From IMG/VR virus record IMGVR_UViG_3300020568_000014, positions 1 to 35,885 of that record: a stretch of 35,885 bases of DNA. The stretch is one strand, 5' to 3'. This stretch comes from a virus. Lineage: Duplodnaviria; Caudoviricetes. The notes below the pieces were generated by a model. The model was not told the origin of the DNA, searched no databases, and was given only the letters and a program-made list of their open reading frames with translations. The translations under genes were made by a program, and so were the position numbers. Numbering within the stretch: position 1 is the stretch's first letter; every line of letters begins with the position of its first letter. Positions 9,901-17,190 of this stretch are shown one piece after another.

Positions 9901-12900
9901 CAAGCGCATCAAGCGCTCCAGCCGAAGGCTGTTCCACTCGGTCGCGAGGCGCTCCTCCTCGTCGGGCAGCAAGGGTTGACCACCCGTATCGGGCATCGAA
10001 CCGCTGGTTGACGGATTGGATACGGGAACGAAGATCTCTGACCCCTCCGAGTAGATCGGGCTTGAGGGACTCGATTTGCGCCAAGTAACTTTCGCCATTT
10101 GGATTCTCGCTCCAATCGTTGCCGATGTAGTTGCCTTCGGATCGGAAGGATTCAAGTTCAACAGTACCACCACCGAAGTCCTTGGGCAACTGCTCGATGA
10201 CCTCTTTCAGCCCATCGTGGAACTTCTTGTTCGGAATGTCCGTGAAGTTCAACACGCGAGCGCCATCATTCCGATAGCCCGGTGCAAGTTCCGTGGTGTT
10301 GAACTTCTTCTGTAGCGCTGCGTAAAGCGCCGTCATCTCCGCTCGATTCAGCGGACGTTGCGTGTAAATCTGCACGCCGTTGTGGCGGATCTTCGCATCG
10401 TCCCAGATTGGGGCGTGATAAACGACGGAGTCCTGCTCCATCACGAAGCCGCGCACAAGTGCGGCAAGGTTGAGCAACTGCTTCGCTTCCGGCGTGAAGG
10501 TTCGCTTCGCGCCAGCGCCCTTCAACGGGACCGGGACGAACGTCTGCGCTCCAGCGCCGATCTTGCCCATCCATGCGCTGAACCCGGTGATCGTGGTTCC
10601 CTGCGGCAACCCAACGAGGTCGGCGATGACATCGCGCCCGTTGACGTACAGGACATCCATGATCTCCTTGAGATATTCAAACTGTTGCTGAATTGGAGCG
10701 CTGTGAATTCCCGGAAGCGAACGCCCCGTGGCGGTGCTTGGGGTCGCTTCCCAAGACATCTGAACCATGCGGTCGTTGATAGCGTTGCTGAAGTCGTACT
10801 TGCTGGCCGCGATGTCTTGCTGACGCAGCGTGTGCATCATGCCCATCTTGTGGGCAAGTCGGAAGTGGTCGTACTCGCGCCCCTTCTTGATGCGATACAC
10901 CTCGGTCTGCTTGCCCGTCTTCTCGTCAATCTTCGTGACCATCTCGCCGATGCCGCGACGCAGTTCTCTCTTCTTGAGGTCGGCACGAATCGGGTCGATG
11001 CGGCCCTTCATCGCGGTCCAGATCGCAGCCTGAACCTGATGCGGCTTCCATCCGAGTTCGTCGGCAAGCCGACGAATCTCGTTCTCCGCAAAGACATACT
11101 TCGGTCCCTGATCGAGCGCCTTGTCTCCGTAGTCGAAGGCAAGAGCCATCCACATATCCATCGTCGCCACGCCCGGATCGAGTTTGGACGAATCGATCTC
11201 GACCATCAGGTTCTGGTAGAACGAGTTCGTCTTGATGCCGCTCCAAGCCTTGCCGTTGACGAGAAGATCTGTCGCCTTCTCATCTGCCTTGGAGAATCCT
11301 GCGTTGATCGGAACGCCAGCCTTCCATTGGTAGTAGGCGGTCAGCGCCATCGAAGTGTTCGCCGGAACCGTGGCGTTCGGCGAGTAAATGGCGATGAGCG
11401 AAACGATCTTCTCCGCTTCGTCAATGTCTCCGTTGGCTGCGGCAAGAATTGCCTTGCTGGAGTTCTCGTACCACATCCGGCCAGCCTCGCCCTCCATCGC
11501 GAGTTGCCGCAACTTGGCACGCAACTTCTCCAACTTGACCGGGGACTTGCCGACCCACTTCGGCGCTCCTACGAATCGACCCGACTTCTTCTCTCGCTTC
11601 TGCTCGACCGTTGCGGCGGGGCCACGCGCACGCGCCCACAGAACCGAATAGTCCTTGCCGAACTGCGATTCCATTTCATCTTGCAGTTCCATGCCGATGG
11701 CATAATCTTCGGTGGACAAACCCTTTCCGCCGTCCCGCTCCATTGCCTCCACAATCGGGTACAGACGCTTCCCTTCCGCCCACTTCTTGTTCGTCTTGCG
11801 AAGGGCGTTTACGGCGAGGTTGACCATCGCCTTGAAGTCAGGGGTCTTGGCGGCAGCAGCCTCTGCCGGGGTCATGCCGCTCGCCGTCACCGCCGAAGCC
11901 GAAGCCGACGGCGGGACGGGAGCAGCCGTCGGCGCTGCCGCAGCGGCAGCAGGGGCAGCAGCCGGGGTTGGCTTGGCCGGGGCCGCAGGAGCCGTCGGCG
12001 GCTGTTCCAGCATTTGCTGGCCGCGAAGCACGCCCTTCGCCTCCTCGATCCGCTGGCCGAATTCCGTAAGAGCCACTTGCCGAGTTCCGCGCTTGGCTGG
12101 TCGCGGCTGGCGCTGCTTTGCTGCTTCCAGCAACATCGAGCGAACCCGCAACGCCGTCGTTGCCTGACGGCCACGCAGGCCCATCTTCACGATCAACTGC
12201 CCAAGGAAACCCGGAGCCTTTCCGGTTCGGAACAATTCCCGAACCCCATCTTCCATCACTCGCGCCTGTCCCTCGGCTTCAAGCAAAGTGCGCCCAGCAC
12301 GCTGCTCGATCATCTCGCCTTGCCGCATGGGCATGGTCTGGACACCAGCGACCTGTTGAGCCATCGACGCGGCGGCACTCTGGGCAAGCCTGTCATCCTT
12401 GCGAAGTTTGTTGTTGAAGTATTCAACGCCAGCCTCAACGACGCTTTGCTCGTCGAACGCATTCCGCAGCGCCATGTACAGATCGGTATCGGTCGCCTGC
12501 ACGATGTGCATCACTTCGTGGTGCGCGAACACAAGCGCATCGATCATCTGCTCATTCGTCATTCCCGACTTCAGGAACACCGTGTTCGGCGCGGACGGGC
12601 TGTAGAACGCAGGATCCGCGTCAGGATCGGTGGAGTCAAAGAACGAGATGTCGTAACCAAGCGCCTTGATCTGCTCTTCAGCCGCACGATCAGATGCCGT
12701 CTGTGCCATCGACGGTGTCAACTTGAGTTCCGACAGCACTTCATTGGTGTTCTTCTCGATGACCGGGGCGTTGCGGGCGTTGAATGCAGCAATCGTGATG
12801 ACCCGCGTTCTTGCCGACAGCAACTCCGCAGCGAGCGTCGCCTGATTCGCGACAGCATTGTCGAGAGCGGACTTCGCAGCATCGACATTCTTCTGTGCTT

Positions 12901-14215
12901 CAGCCGTCTTTGCCGCATCGTTCTTCTTCGCGACAGCCTGCAACTTCTTCTGCGACTGCTCAAGCGCAGCGGCAGCGTCGTTGACCAGCCTCGCTCCGAC
13001 CTGTCGGTCGGCATTTGCTTGGTGATATGCTGACGAAGCGGACTGCAATTCGACTTCCCGCTGCTGCGGTGTCATCGCCTTGAGCGCGTCAACCGTCGCA
13101 CGCGGCATCGAATCCCAGAAATTCGGGTCGGAGAACGCGCCATTGGACTGCCGAACAGCGTCGGAAATTCTCTGACGCATCACCTTGGCTTGCGAAGCCT
13201 CGCTGGCCGCGATGAAAGGGTGTGCGCCCGCACCGCCGAAACCACCGTAGAACGCATCGGTCAAAGCCTCGGTGATCGCAGTTCCGAATTCCGGCGCTTC
13301 CTCGCCTTGCAACCTCCGGGTCGCGCTGTATGCAAGCGATGCTGCGCCTTCCTCTGCCGCCTCCGATCCATATGCAAGACCAAGTCCCGTCGAGAACTTC
13401 ATCGCCGGGTTCATGTTCTTCATCGCCTTGACCGCCTCACGGCCCCACACGGTCTTTGCGATCTTGACAGCGGCCTTTGCGCCAACCCATTCCGTCGCAG
13501 CCTCGATCACGCCACCCTTGACGGCGGCGATGTACTTGCCGCTCGGTCGGTAGATCCCGTCCTTGCTGGTCAACTTGCCTTCGACGAATGCGTTGTCGTA
13601 CTCGTTCGCAGCACCACCAGCGCCTTGGAAATAGAACGCAGGAGCGGCAATCTGGGGCGCTACGACCGCAAGTCCGATGTTCGCAACGCCGTTCGTGACG
13701 GCAGCGGCGACCTTGTCCGTGAACGTGTCCGACACGACGGCAGAAGTCGAGGCCATCCCACGGGAGAACCCTTCGACGCTCGGCATCACATCGGCGATAT
13801 CCGGCGTGATCATTTCCAAGTTGGTCGCTGCGCCACGAATGGTCGCGGCGGTCATGCCAGACAAGGTTCGACCGACGGTATCCCTGACCCCACCAGCCTG
13901 CTGGCGCTCGATGTCACGCGACACGAACACTTGCTCTAGCAACTGCGCTTCGCCCGGAGTACCAAAGATCTTGGCATAGACGGAAGCAAGCGCCTCTCCG
14001 AAGCGCTGCGCCCCGAACGGAGTCAGGCCAGCAGACGCAACGCGGCCAGCGAATTCGCCAGCCTCTTCCGCCGCGCCAGCGCCCGGAAGTTGCTCTTGCC
14101 TTTGCTCTCGACCGATTTCAGACGCGATGTCTTGATACCGCGAAACACCGAAGTTCGGGTATTCCTTCTTGATGTCAAGCGACTTCGCAAGGTCGAGATA
14201 CTTGCTGTCAGCCAT
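3986..14215 (-). CDS. giant (3409 aa) polyvalent internal-virion/ejection protein: zincin HExxH, HhH-glycosylase-like, HDxxGH domain, 2x ART-PolyVal-like, R-S-E ART-like, helical C-terminus
   Basis: Last gene of the ejection cluster. Start re-called at ATG 14215 (GGA upstream, after the stop at 14226). Motifs: HHEVMH; WY..SP..KTNSFYQNL..TMDMW..QAAIW; FRAVHDAMGH; GKPVMVYHGS; WFGDSRVVDADGNPLPVYHAT..YLSIKNPL..GYDG..AFDSNQIKS; LYR..SGT..ESE. Confidence 0.85.
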   Translation of the reverse strand: MADSKYLDLAKSLDIKKEYPNFGVSRYQDIASEIGREQRQEQLPGAGAAEEAGEFAGRVASAGLTPFGAQRFGEALASVYAKIFGTPGEAQLLEQVFVSRDIERQQAGGVRDTVGRTLSGMTAATIRGAATNLEMITPDIADVMPSVEGFSRGMASTSAVVSDTFTDKVAAAVTNGVANIGLAVVAPQIAAPAFYFQGAGGAANEYDNAFVEGKLTSKDGIYRPSGKYIAAVKGGVIEAATEWVGAKAAVKIAKTVWGREAVKAMKNMNPAMKFSTGLGLAYGSEAAEEGAASLAYSATRRLQGEEAPEFGTAITEALTDAFYGGFGGAGAHPFIAASEASQAKVMRQRISDAVRQSNGAFSDPNFWDSMPRATVDALKAMTPQQREVELQSASSAYHQANADRQVGARLVNDAAAALEQSQKKLQAVAKKNDAAKTAEAQKNVDAAKSALDNAVANQATLAAELLSARTRVITIAAFNARNAPVIEKNTNEVLSELKLTPSMAQTASDRAAEEQIKALGYDISFFDSTDPDADPAFYSPSAPNTVFLKSGMTNEQMIDALVFAHHEVMHIVQATDTDLYMALRNAFDEQSVVEAGVEYFNNKLRKDDRLAQSAAASMAQQVAGVQTMPMRQGEMIEQRAGRTLLEAEGQARVMEDGVRELFRTGKAPGFLGQLIVKMGLRGRQATTALRVRSMLLEAAKQRQPRPAKRGTRQVALTEFGQRIEEAKGVLRGQQMLEQPPTAPAAPAKPTPAAAPAAAAAAPTAAPVPPSASASAVTASGMTPAEAAAAKTPDFKAMVNLAVNALRKTNKKWAEGKRLYPIVEAMERDGGKGLSTEDYAIGMELQDEMESQFGKDYSVLWARARGPAATVEQKREKKSGRFVGAPKWVGKSPVKLEKLRAKLRQLAMEGEAGRMWYENSSKAILAAANGDIDEAEKIVSLIAIYSPNATVPANTSMALTAYYQWKAGVPINAGFSKADEKATDLLVNGKAWSGIKTNSFYQNLMVEIDSSKLDPGVATMDMWMALAFDYGDKALDQGPKYVFAENEIRRLADELGWKPHQVQAAIWTAMKGRIDPIRADLKKRELRRGIGEMVTKIDEKTGKQTEVYRIKKGREYDHFRLAHKMGMMHTLRQQDIAASKYDFSNAINDRMVQMSWEATPSTATGRSLPGIHSAPIQQQFEYLKEIMDVLYVNGRDVIADLVGLPQGTTITGFSAWMGKIGAGAQTFVPVPLKGAGAKRTFTPEAKQLLNLAALVRGFVMEQDSVVYHAPIWDDAKIRHNGVQIYTQRPLNRAEMTALYAALQKKFNTTELAPGYRNDGARVLNFTDIPNKKFHDGLKEVIEQLPKDFGGGTVELESFRSEGNYIGNDWSENPNGESYLAQIESLKPDLLGGVRDLRSRIQSVNQRFDARYGWSTLAARRGGAPRDRVEQPSAGALDALAGAPVIRGFTGPDPVIVAVAERYAASRGIDLKRQSEYADVDLDRARRIADAYEKMEHKPQDPAVAEAYRQLIEQTTAQYQALVDAGYEFYFVDLDNDPYADQQGGFGNPYNAVRDLRANRRMAVFPTESGFGSGATDLDVSNNPLLADTGLQWAFGRPGGPLKRVTANDLFRAVHDAMGHSLEGAGFRARGEENAWQAHVRLFTGAAIGAMTSETRGQNSWLNFGPFGEKNRDAKVEDTTFADQKVGLMPSWTWEEGRVGSVLSARRPSKRFFDEVARGERKWALTDKQGKPVMVYHGSIRETPIVPFGRLPSSGKMPMLRYGNDGMSFTDNPTFAESFGDQVYPAWISAKNPAEVDIRTNHWARIPAWVAHRELQKYLGDSVYELVNKVAGTESSEWFDEGLIDAWLKNGRIEKRYGWIPVVTADDIAGILIAAGHDVVVLKNISDEGSQNRGGWRGSIHAEVVVASGDPIINALTNQRVTDAEYKTLAARRVPSRQLESFTPEWRAWFGDSRVVDADGNPLPVYHATRAGRDFDVFKVTKDLGYHFASTPEAADRALGSRIGGMSQTGGARIYPVYLSIKNPLRVSETGSKMMGDLGGWNFGDLIGQFYRPVRLGESNLFRYVPEDNEFDAPEGMDFSEAMRSGMVTRPSERTGLIDMTPLEYVQKINSEVREELGERTQKNRVAFNKAALQKFVADLKRLGYDGMVYKNIVEGGGDSWIAFDSNQIKSVFNERPTNKPQLLAARRNITTKQDADYRDLSPIWEVSVDPDIATFEEAHVGGIADLGNGDAKYIVSLIPNYEAKISVVRNAIRRVLGDSFKLYRSMSRAQLNAWKNGEDIGPMSGTTNRSLAERFVNLAAVRDKNRVVVEVDATPEMIVFRGSENESELVFDANEISADQVRVISPTLSARRRVAEGKSERRVRLAYGIGRREGLLSGEVRGQAVAKREEKRKAAQLVREERNKERVEALAKRMEMRAAFRDRVAGLMLDIEAAAETNDELRNRINVMRKYERAGRKKAAEKAQSQILKAWIKGLYKGRAVGRKEGIEEAKARMADLRKAAVEVIATLPIKLRGKYVNAVATMKTAAGINKIARRVVQDLAMAEAIETVAAINRMDKRVRKVGLRAETRSDLLSALSSARSMLAAGRKRMLPFTDTADIAARTASAQALLESAMQRFDVERAEYRDARDARADEAAADASALGASLASLPKVERGRISSMAPRRNIIRDILSTIGNSDIYTLMQAIEGGAGGVLGKMWAGFAEAKGNMTLDRKRIDERIDAALRSAGYSGYDGYATNAAGLYGESSAETVTVSLGGNPMTITVDQMLHLAAMDDQTVALLTDDSDPTGTPGAPIVFSTDRNATPIYMTRQEFADIRTSLTDGQRRLIDEMKAILEQEIQPRAFDIHFQIHGRQPDIVPGYFPRQRLGDEIAGQTIDPNMQPNMVMNTMLSNAGFLQQRVAAKSTMVVGGMMRTMDSHLDESLRLIHLSLPLRYAMSVLKSARVRSGIEATMGDGGNDAIRKLVLNGVGLSGKPQGGFIEGLNANVSGALITLNPKTWLRQLGGAFRLASEMPVGAWSNGVARMATMTPAQRRDMARAVESINGYFYDRHRRSQVGIFANVLGDPNTARDRWAASLASSARSLASVGESVAAGKFARSVRDLREGVLPISRVLKSADGMLRMIDRQIMLAAFIGMRADLAARNPSMTNAELDVGAAKMAEQAFRKTQNVSDPLDDTVFAAQQKFSQGIGRLMFPFSSDPLKGYNQIRRAVASRDPALIAKTAAGVSSNIALAAAINPLWTAAGIAIANALGGGGDEEDEDMIRRMAMEQEMGYLPSRVAGDAASAVFGYLGMAGGAIVDGAMGSPERADDVLEPLVIRFLGDTSKYLAQGDLPSLSETTLQLAGVPVVAPVSTVTGVAAKAKPSDRKLLEYYRKLDKAGELTPKQRQRLNVLAARERIRLAQERREKQLQQ

Positions 14216-14225
14216 GTTGTGTCCG

Positions 14226-15671
14226 TTACCTGTTGGAAAGATCGAAGATGACCTGTGCAGCACGCCGGATCGCAGCCTTCTGTTCCGGCGTGTAAATCGT
14301 CGATGCCTCAAGCCTTGCTGGATCTGAAGCAAGTTCCATGATGCGCCTCATCGCGGTCCTGTCATCTTCGGTCGAATTGACCTTGACATAACCGATTGCC
14401 TCCGCGATGGCCGCGTCTGGATTCTCCGACTGCTCCTGTGGCCGTGGTTCATCTTCTTGCGGCGCGGTTCCATATCGAACCGCATCACGGGCGGAAGCGG
14501 CCTCGTTTGCCATCTGCTGGCGCTGAATCGAAACCGGAACCGTTCTGGTCGGAGGAGGTGTCACCTTGCTCGCAAGACCCTGCGAGTTGTTCGCGATGTC
14601 CAGCGCATCGATGATCGCCGACAAGCCAACCTCGTCGGTGGCGACAACCTGATCCCAGCCAAGCCTCTGGCTGACCATGTTGAAGTTGTTGAGGAAGTTC
14701 GTGACCTCGGCGAGGTTGTACTGCCCGTCCTGACCACGGCGCGGCAGCGTCGCTGGCTGCGGAAGCGGAGTCATCATCGGCTTGGTCATCGCATGAAACA
14801 GGTTGACCAGCGGAAGCGGACCAGCGTTCTGCGAGGCAAGGCTGTCGATCAGCGTCGCCGTGCTGGGAATCTCGTATTCCGACGGCTTGCGGCGAAGCGA
14901 CCGAATGTTCTCGATCATCGGCGCTGCATACGGCTGGTCTTCATATGCCTTCATCGCAGAATCGAACGCACGTTCGCCCTGCTCATACTCGTCCTGTTCC
15001 ATCTTGATCGCCTGCTGCGCGAACCTGACGGGAACGGGCTTGCCGCGCCACACGACCGTTTCCGCGTCTTGCTTCATCTGCTGGCGCTGAAACTCGCCGA
15101 GTTGCTGCATCGCCAACTGCGGATCCATCTGGTACATGGCTGCGAGATAGCCACCGATGTCCGGGTCGTTGGTCGCGCTGATCTGCTTTGCCATCGAGTT
15201 GAAATACGGCTTGAACGCCTCCCGCTTCGCGACCATGTCTCGTTCGCGGTTCAATTCCATGCGAGCCTTCGACCTGAACTCCATCGCCCCAAGCCACTGT
15301 GGAGTGGTCAGGCGAATCACTTGACGTTGATTGTCCTCGTCGAGAAACGACACCGCTGGAGTGCCGTCGGCAAGAGCGCCGAAATCGAGCATCTCCAGAC
15401 CTTCATAATCGCCGTTCTCGATTCCGTTCACCGCTGCTGCGAACGATGGCTGTCGAACATTCGCCGGATTGCCGATGTACTGCGACTTGTCCTTGTCCGC
15501 GTACTTGATCAGGTCTCGGAACTCGACAGGCAGATCCTCTTCGCGAACGCCTTGGTCATCGCGTGCTTCCAAAGTCATCGGTTTGATGGTTTGGAACGAC
15601 ATACCCGGCTTGACTTCCATCGTCGTGACCGCGTCTTGGAATCGAGATTGCGGAGTCTGGAACTGGCTCAT
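14226..15671 (-). CDS. putative internal virion/ejection protein
   Basis: 481 aa, Gln/Ala/Met-rich and helical; lies between the nozzle and the giant protein as in podoviruses. Function inferred from position only. Confidence 0.6.
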   Translation of the reverse strand: MSQFQTPQSRFQDAVTTMEVKPGMSFQTIKPMTLEARDDQGVREEDLPVEFRDLIKYADKDKSQYIGNPANVRQPSFAAAVNGIENGDYEGLEMLDFGALADGTPAVSFLDEDNQRQVIRLTTPQWLGAMEFRSKARMELNRERDMVAKREAFKPYFNSMAKQISATNDPDIGGYLAAMYQMDPQLAMQQLGEFQRQQMKQDAETVVWRGKPVPVRFAQQAIKMEQDEYEQGERAFDSAMKAYEDQPYAAPMIENIRSLRRKPSEYEIPSTATLIDSLASQNAGPLPLVNLFHAMTKPMMTPLPQPATLPRRGQDGQYNLAEVTNFLNNFNMVSQRLGWDQVVATDEVGLSAIIDALDIANNSQGLASKVTPPPTRTVPVSIQRQQMANEAASARDAVRYGTAPQEDEPRPQEQSENPDAAIAEAIGYVKVNSTEDDRTAMRRIMELASDPARLEASTIYTPEQKAAIRRAAQVIFDLSNR

Positions 15672-16192
15672 CGCTGGCCTCCGACACCGTTGCGAATGCC
15701 GAACATGATGCGGGCGGCTTCCGATGAGGCGAGACCCTGCTGGGCGATGAACATCTTCCCGGCAGGGTTGAGTTCAGACACTCCGATGGTCAGTTCCCCG
15801 CGATCCTCGCGGACCTCCTTGTCCTTCTGCGTTCCCTTCTTGATCCCACGGAACGAGTCGAGCAGTTCCTGTTCTCGCTTGCGATCCTCGTCCAACTTCG
15901 CCTGATACTCCTCCATCCGCAGCATCTGGCTCATCCGCTCGCGGTCAACACCCATCTGGGTTTGCGCTGCTTCCGCACCGATGGCGGATCCGCCGAGAAG
16001 GCTCATGCCAGCACCCTTGAACGGATTGCGGAGATCGGTATTGGCAAGACCCTGCCCGATGCCCTGCGCCATGCCCTGCCCCGCGTACATGAAGAACCTT
16101 CCGAGGTTGCCGAGGTACGTCTGGTCGCGCTTGGCGTTGACCGCTTGCTGACCCATGATCCCGGCACGCGCCATGATTCCTTCTAGTGCCAT
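15668..16192 (-). CDS. putative internal virion/ejection protein
   Basis: ATG 16192 with AAGGA SD. Gly-rich amphipathic segment followed by a charged coiled coil. Function inferred from position. Confidence 0.6.
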   Translation of the reverse strand: MALEGIMARAGIMGQQAVNAKRDQTYLGNLGRFFMYAGQGMAQGIGQGLANTDLRNPFKGAGMSLLGGSAIGAEAAQTQMGVDRERMSQMLRMEEYQAKLDEDRKREQELLDSFRGIKKGTQKDKEVREDRGELTIGVSELNPAGKMFIAQQGLASSEAARIMFGIRNGVGGQR

Positions 16193-16202
16193 GTGGTGTT
16201 CC

Positions 16203-17189
16203 TTATCCAAGTCCTGCGGCGAATCCTCGTCCCGCAAGGTAGGGTTGGTACATATTCATCAGACCTGACGCGATTCCGGTGGTTGCGCCACCGACGATTG
16301 CAGCCGCCGTTTGATAGCCGCTTCCGGCGTATTGCGCCTGCGCTTCCTTTCCGCCGAGAACACGGGCAACGCGCTCTCGCTCCAGATTCATCTGGGCGTT
16401 CAGGAAGTCCGCGCTGATGCCGAGACTTTGGCGAGCAACATCCTCGCGCTGCGCGAACTCGGTTCCAAGCAATTGCTGCCGCATCGCCAAACCGCCGCCG
16501 ACACGGGCTTGCTGCATCTGGGTCAGGTTCGCAAGGCGCTGCTGCTCCAGCGAAGACGTACCGCTGACCAGTGCTTGCTCGATTCCAGCCAACTGGCTGG
16601 CGTATTGCTCCTCGACAACGCCCTTCTGGAGCGCCCCCTGCGACTCTTCGGCTGCAAGAACGCCCTGACCAAACGTCGTTCCGGCCAGCCCGGTGAACGC
16701 CTGCGCCTGCGACATTCTCGCAAGGTTGCGTGAAGTTGCCTGTTCGATGGCTGCAAGCGTATTGGTTCGGCCAACCCCGGCAATGCGCTTGACCTCACCC
16801 ATCCCCTCGCGGAACTGCGAGGTGATGCCCTGCGCCTGCTGGTTGTAGGCGGTTTCCAGTTCCTTGAACCGGGTATCGAAGTCGCCGATCAACTGCTCGT
16901 ATCCGCCCTTGTACTGCGACAGGTTGGAAGTCCTGTTCTCAAGGAACGACTTCAGGATCTTGTCCTGTTGTTCTTTCTGGTACTTGCCAAGATCCTGATA
17001 CTGCCCACCAGCCCATTCGGTCATGGTTCGATATGCGCGTTCCTTTGCGTCAGCCGCTTGCTTGGCAAGAATGCCAGATGCAATCGAGCCAACGCCCATC
17101 GCCACGCCACCGACAGCAAGTCCCGTGCCGATTGCTGCTGCGGCGGTCGCTCCAATTCCGATTGCTGCTCCTGCTCCGATGAATGACAT
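16203..17189 (-). CDS. putative DNA ejection/pilot protein
   Basis: ATG 17189 with GGAG SD. Gly/Ala hydrophobic N-terminus, Gln-rich helical body and Gly/Ala C-terminal segment, typical of podovirus ejection proteins. Confidence 0.65.
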   Translation of the reverse strand: MSFIGAGAAIGIGATAAAAIGTGLAVGGVAMGVGSIASGILAKQAADAKERAYRTMTEWAGGQYQDLGKYQKEQQDKILKSFLENRTSNLSQYKGGYEQLIGDFDTRFKELETAYNQQAQGITSQFREGMGEVKRIAGVGRTNTLAAIEQATSRNLARMSQAQAFTGLAGTTFGQGVLAAEESQGALQKGVVEEQYASQLAGIEQALVSGTSSLEQQRLANLTQMQQARVGGGLAMRQQLLGTEFAQREDVARQSLGISADFLNAQMNLERERVARVLGGKEAQAQYAGSGYQTAAAIVGGATTGIASGLMNMYQPYLAGRGFAAGLG

Positions 17190-17190
17190 A

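Noticed and set aside
11880-12000. GC-rich low-complexity stretch as a DNA repeat element
   Set aside because: Explained by a Pro/Ala linker in the giant protein.
12806-12820. Additional junction motifs (LSART here; also KIARR, LAARN and LAARE in the C-terminal arm)
   Set aside because: Imperfect matches inside Ala/Arg-rich helical stretches, expected by chance; not counted as junctions, though LSART precedes the peptidase domain.
10358-13033. 891-aa plus-strand ORF (likewise 14457..15905, 26214..27527, 28794..31151, 31242..33239)
   Set aside because: Antisense shadows of well-supported minus-strand genes in GC-rich, codon-biased DNA; no motifs or RBS recognised.
3986-14215. Giant protein as virion RNA polymerase or tape measure
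   Set aside because: No DxDGD/DFDGD or T7-type polymerase motifs seen; no tail tube genes; podovirus-type context.
14216-14332. ORF-track N-terminal extension of the giant protein (and similar extensions of bet, exo, 16203.., 17191.., 28432.., 31226..)
   Set aside because: They overlap upstream genes; internal ATG/GTG starts with SD or stop-start coupling fit better.
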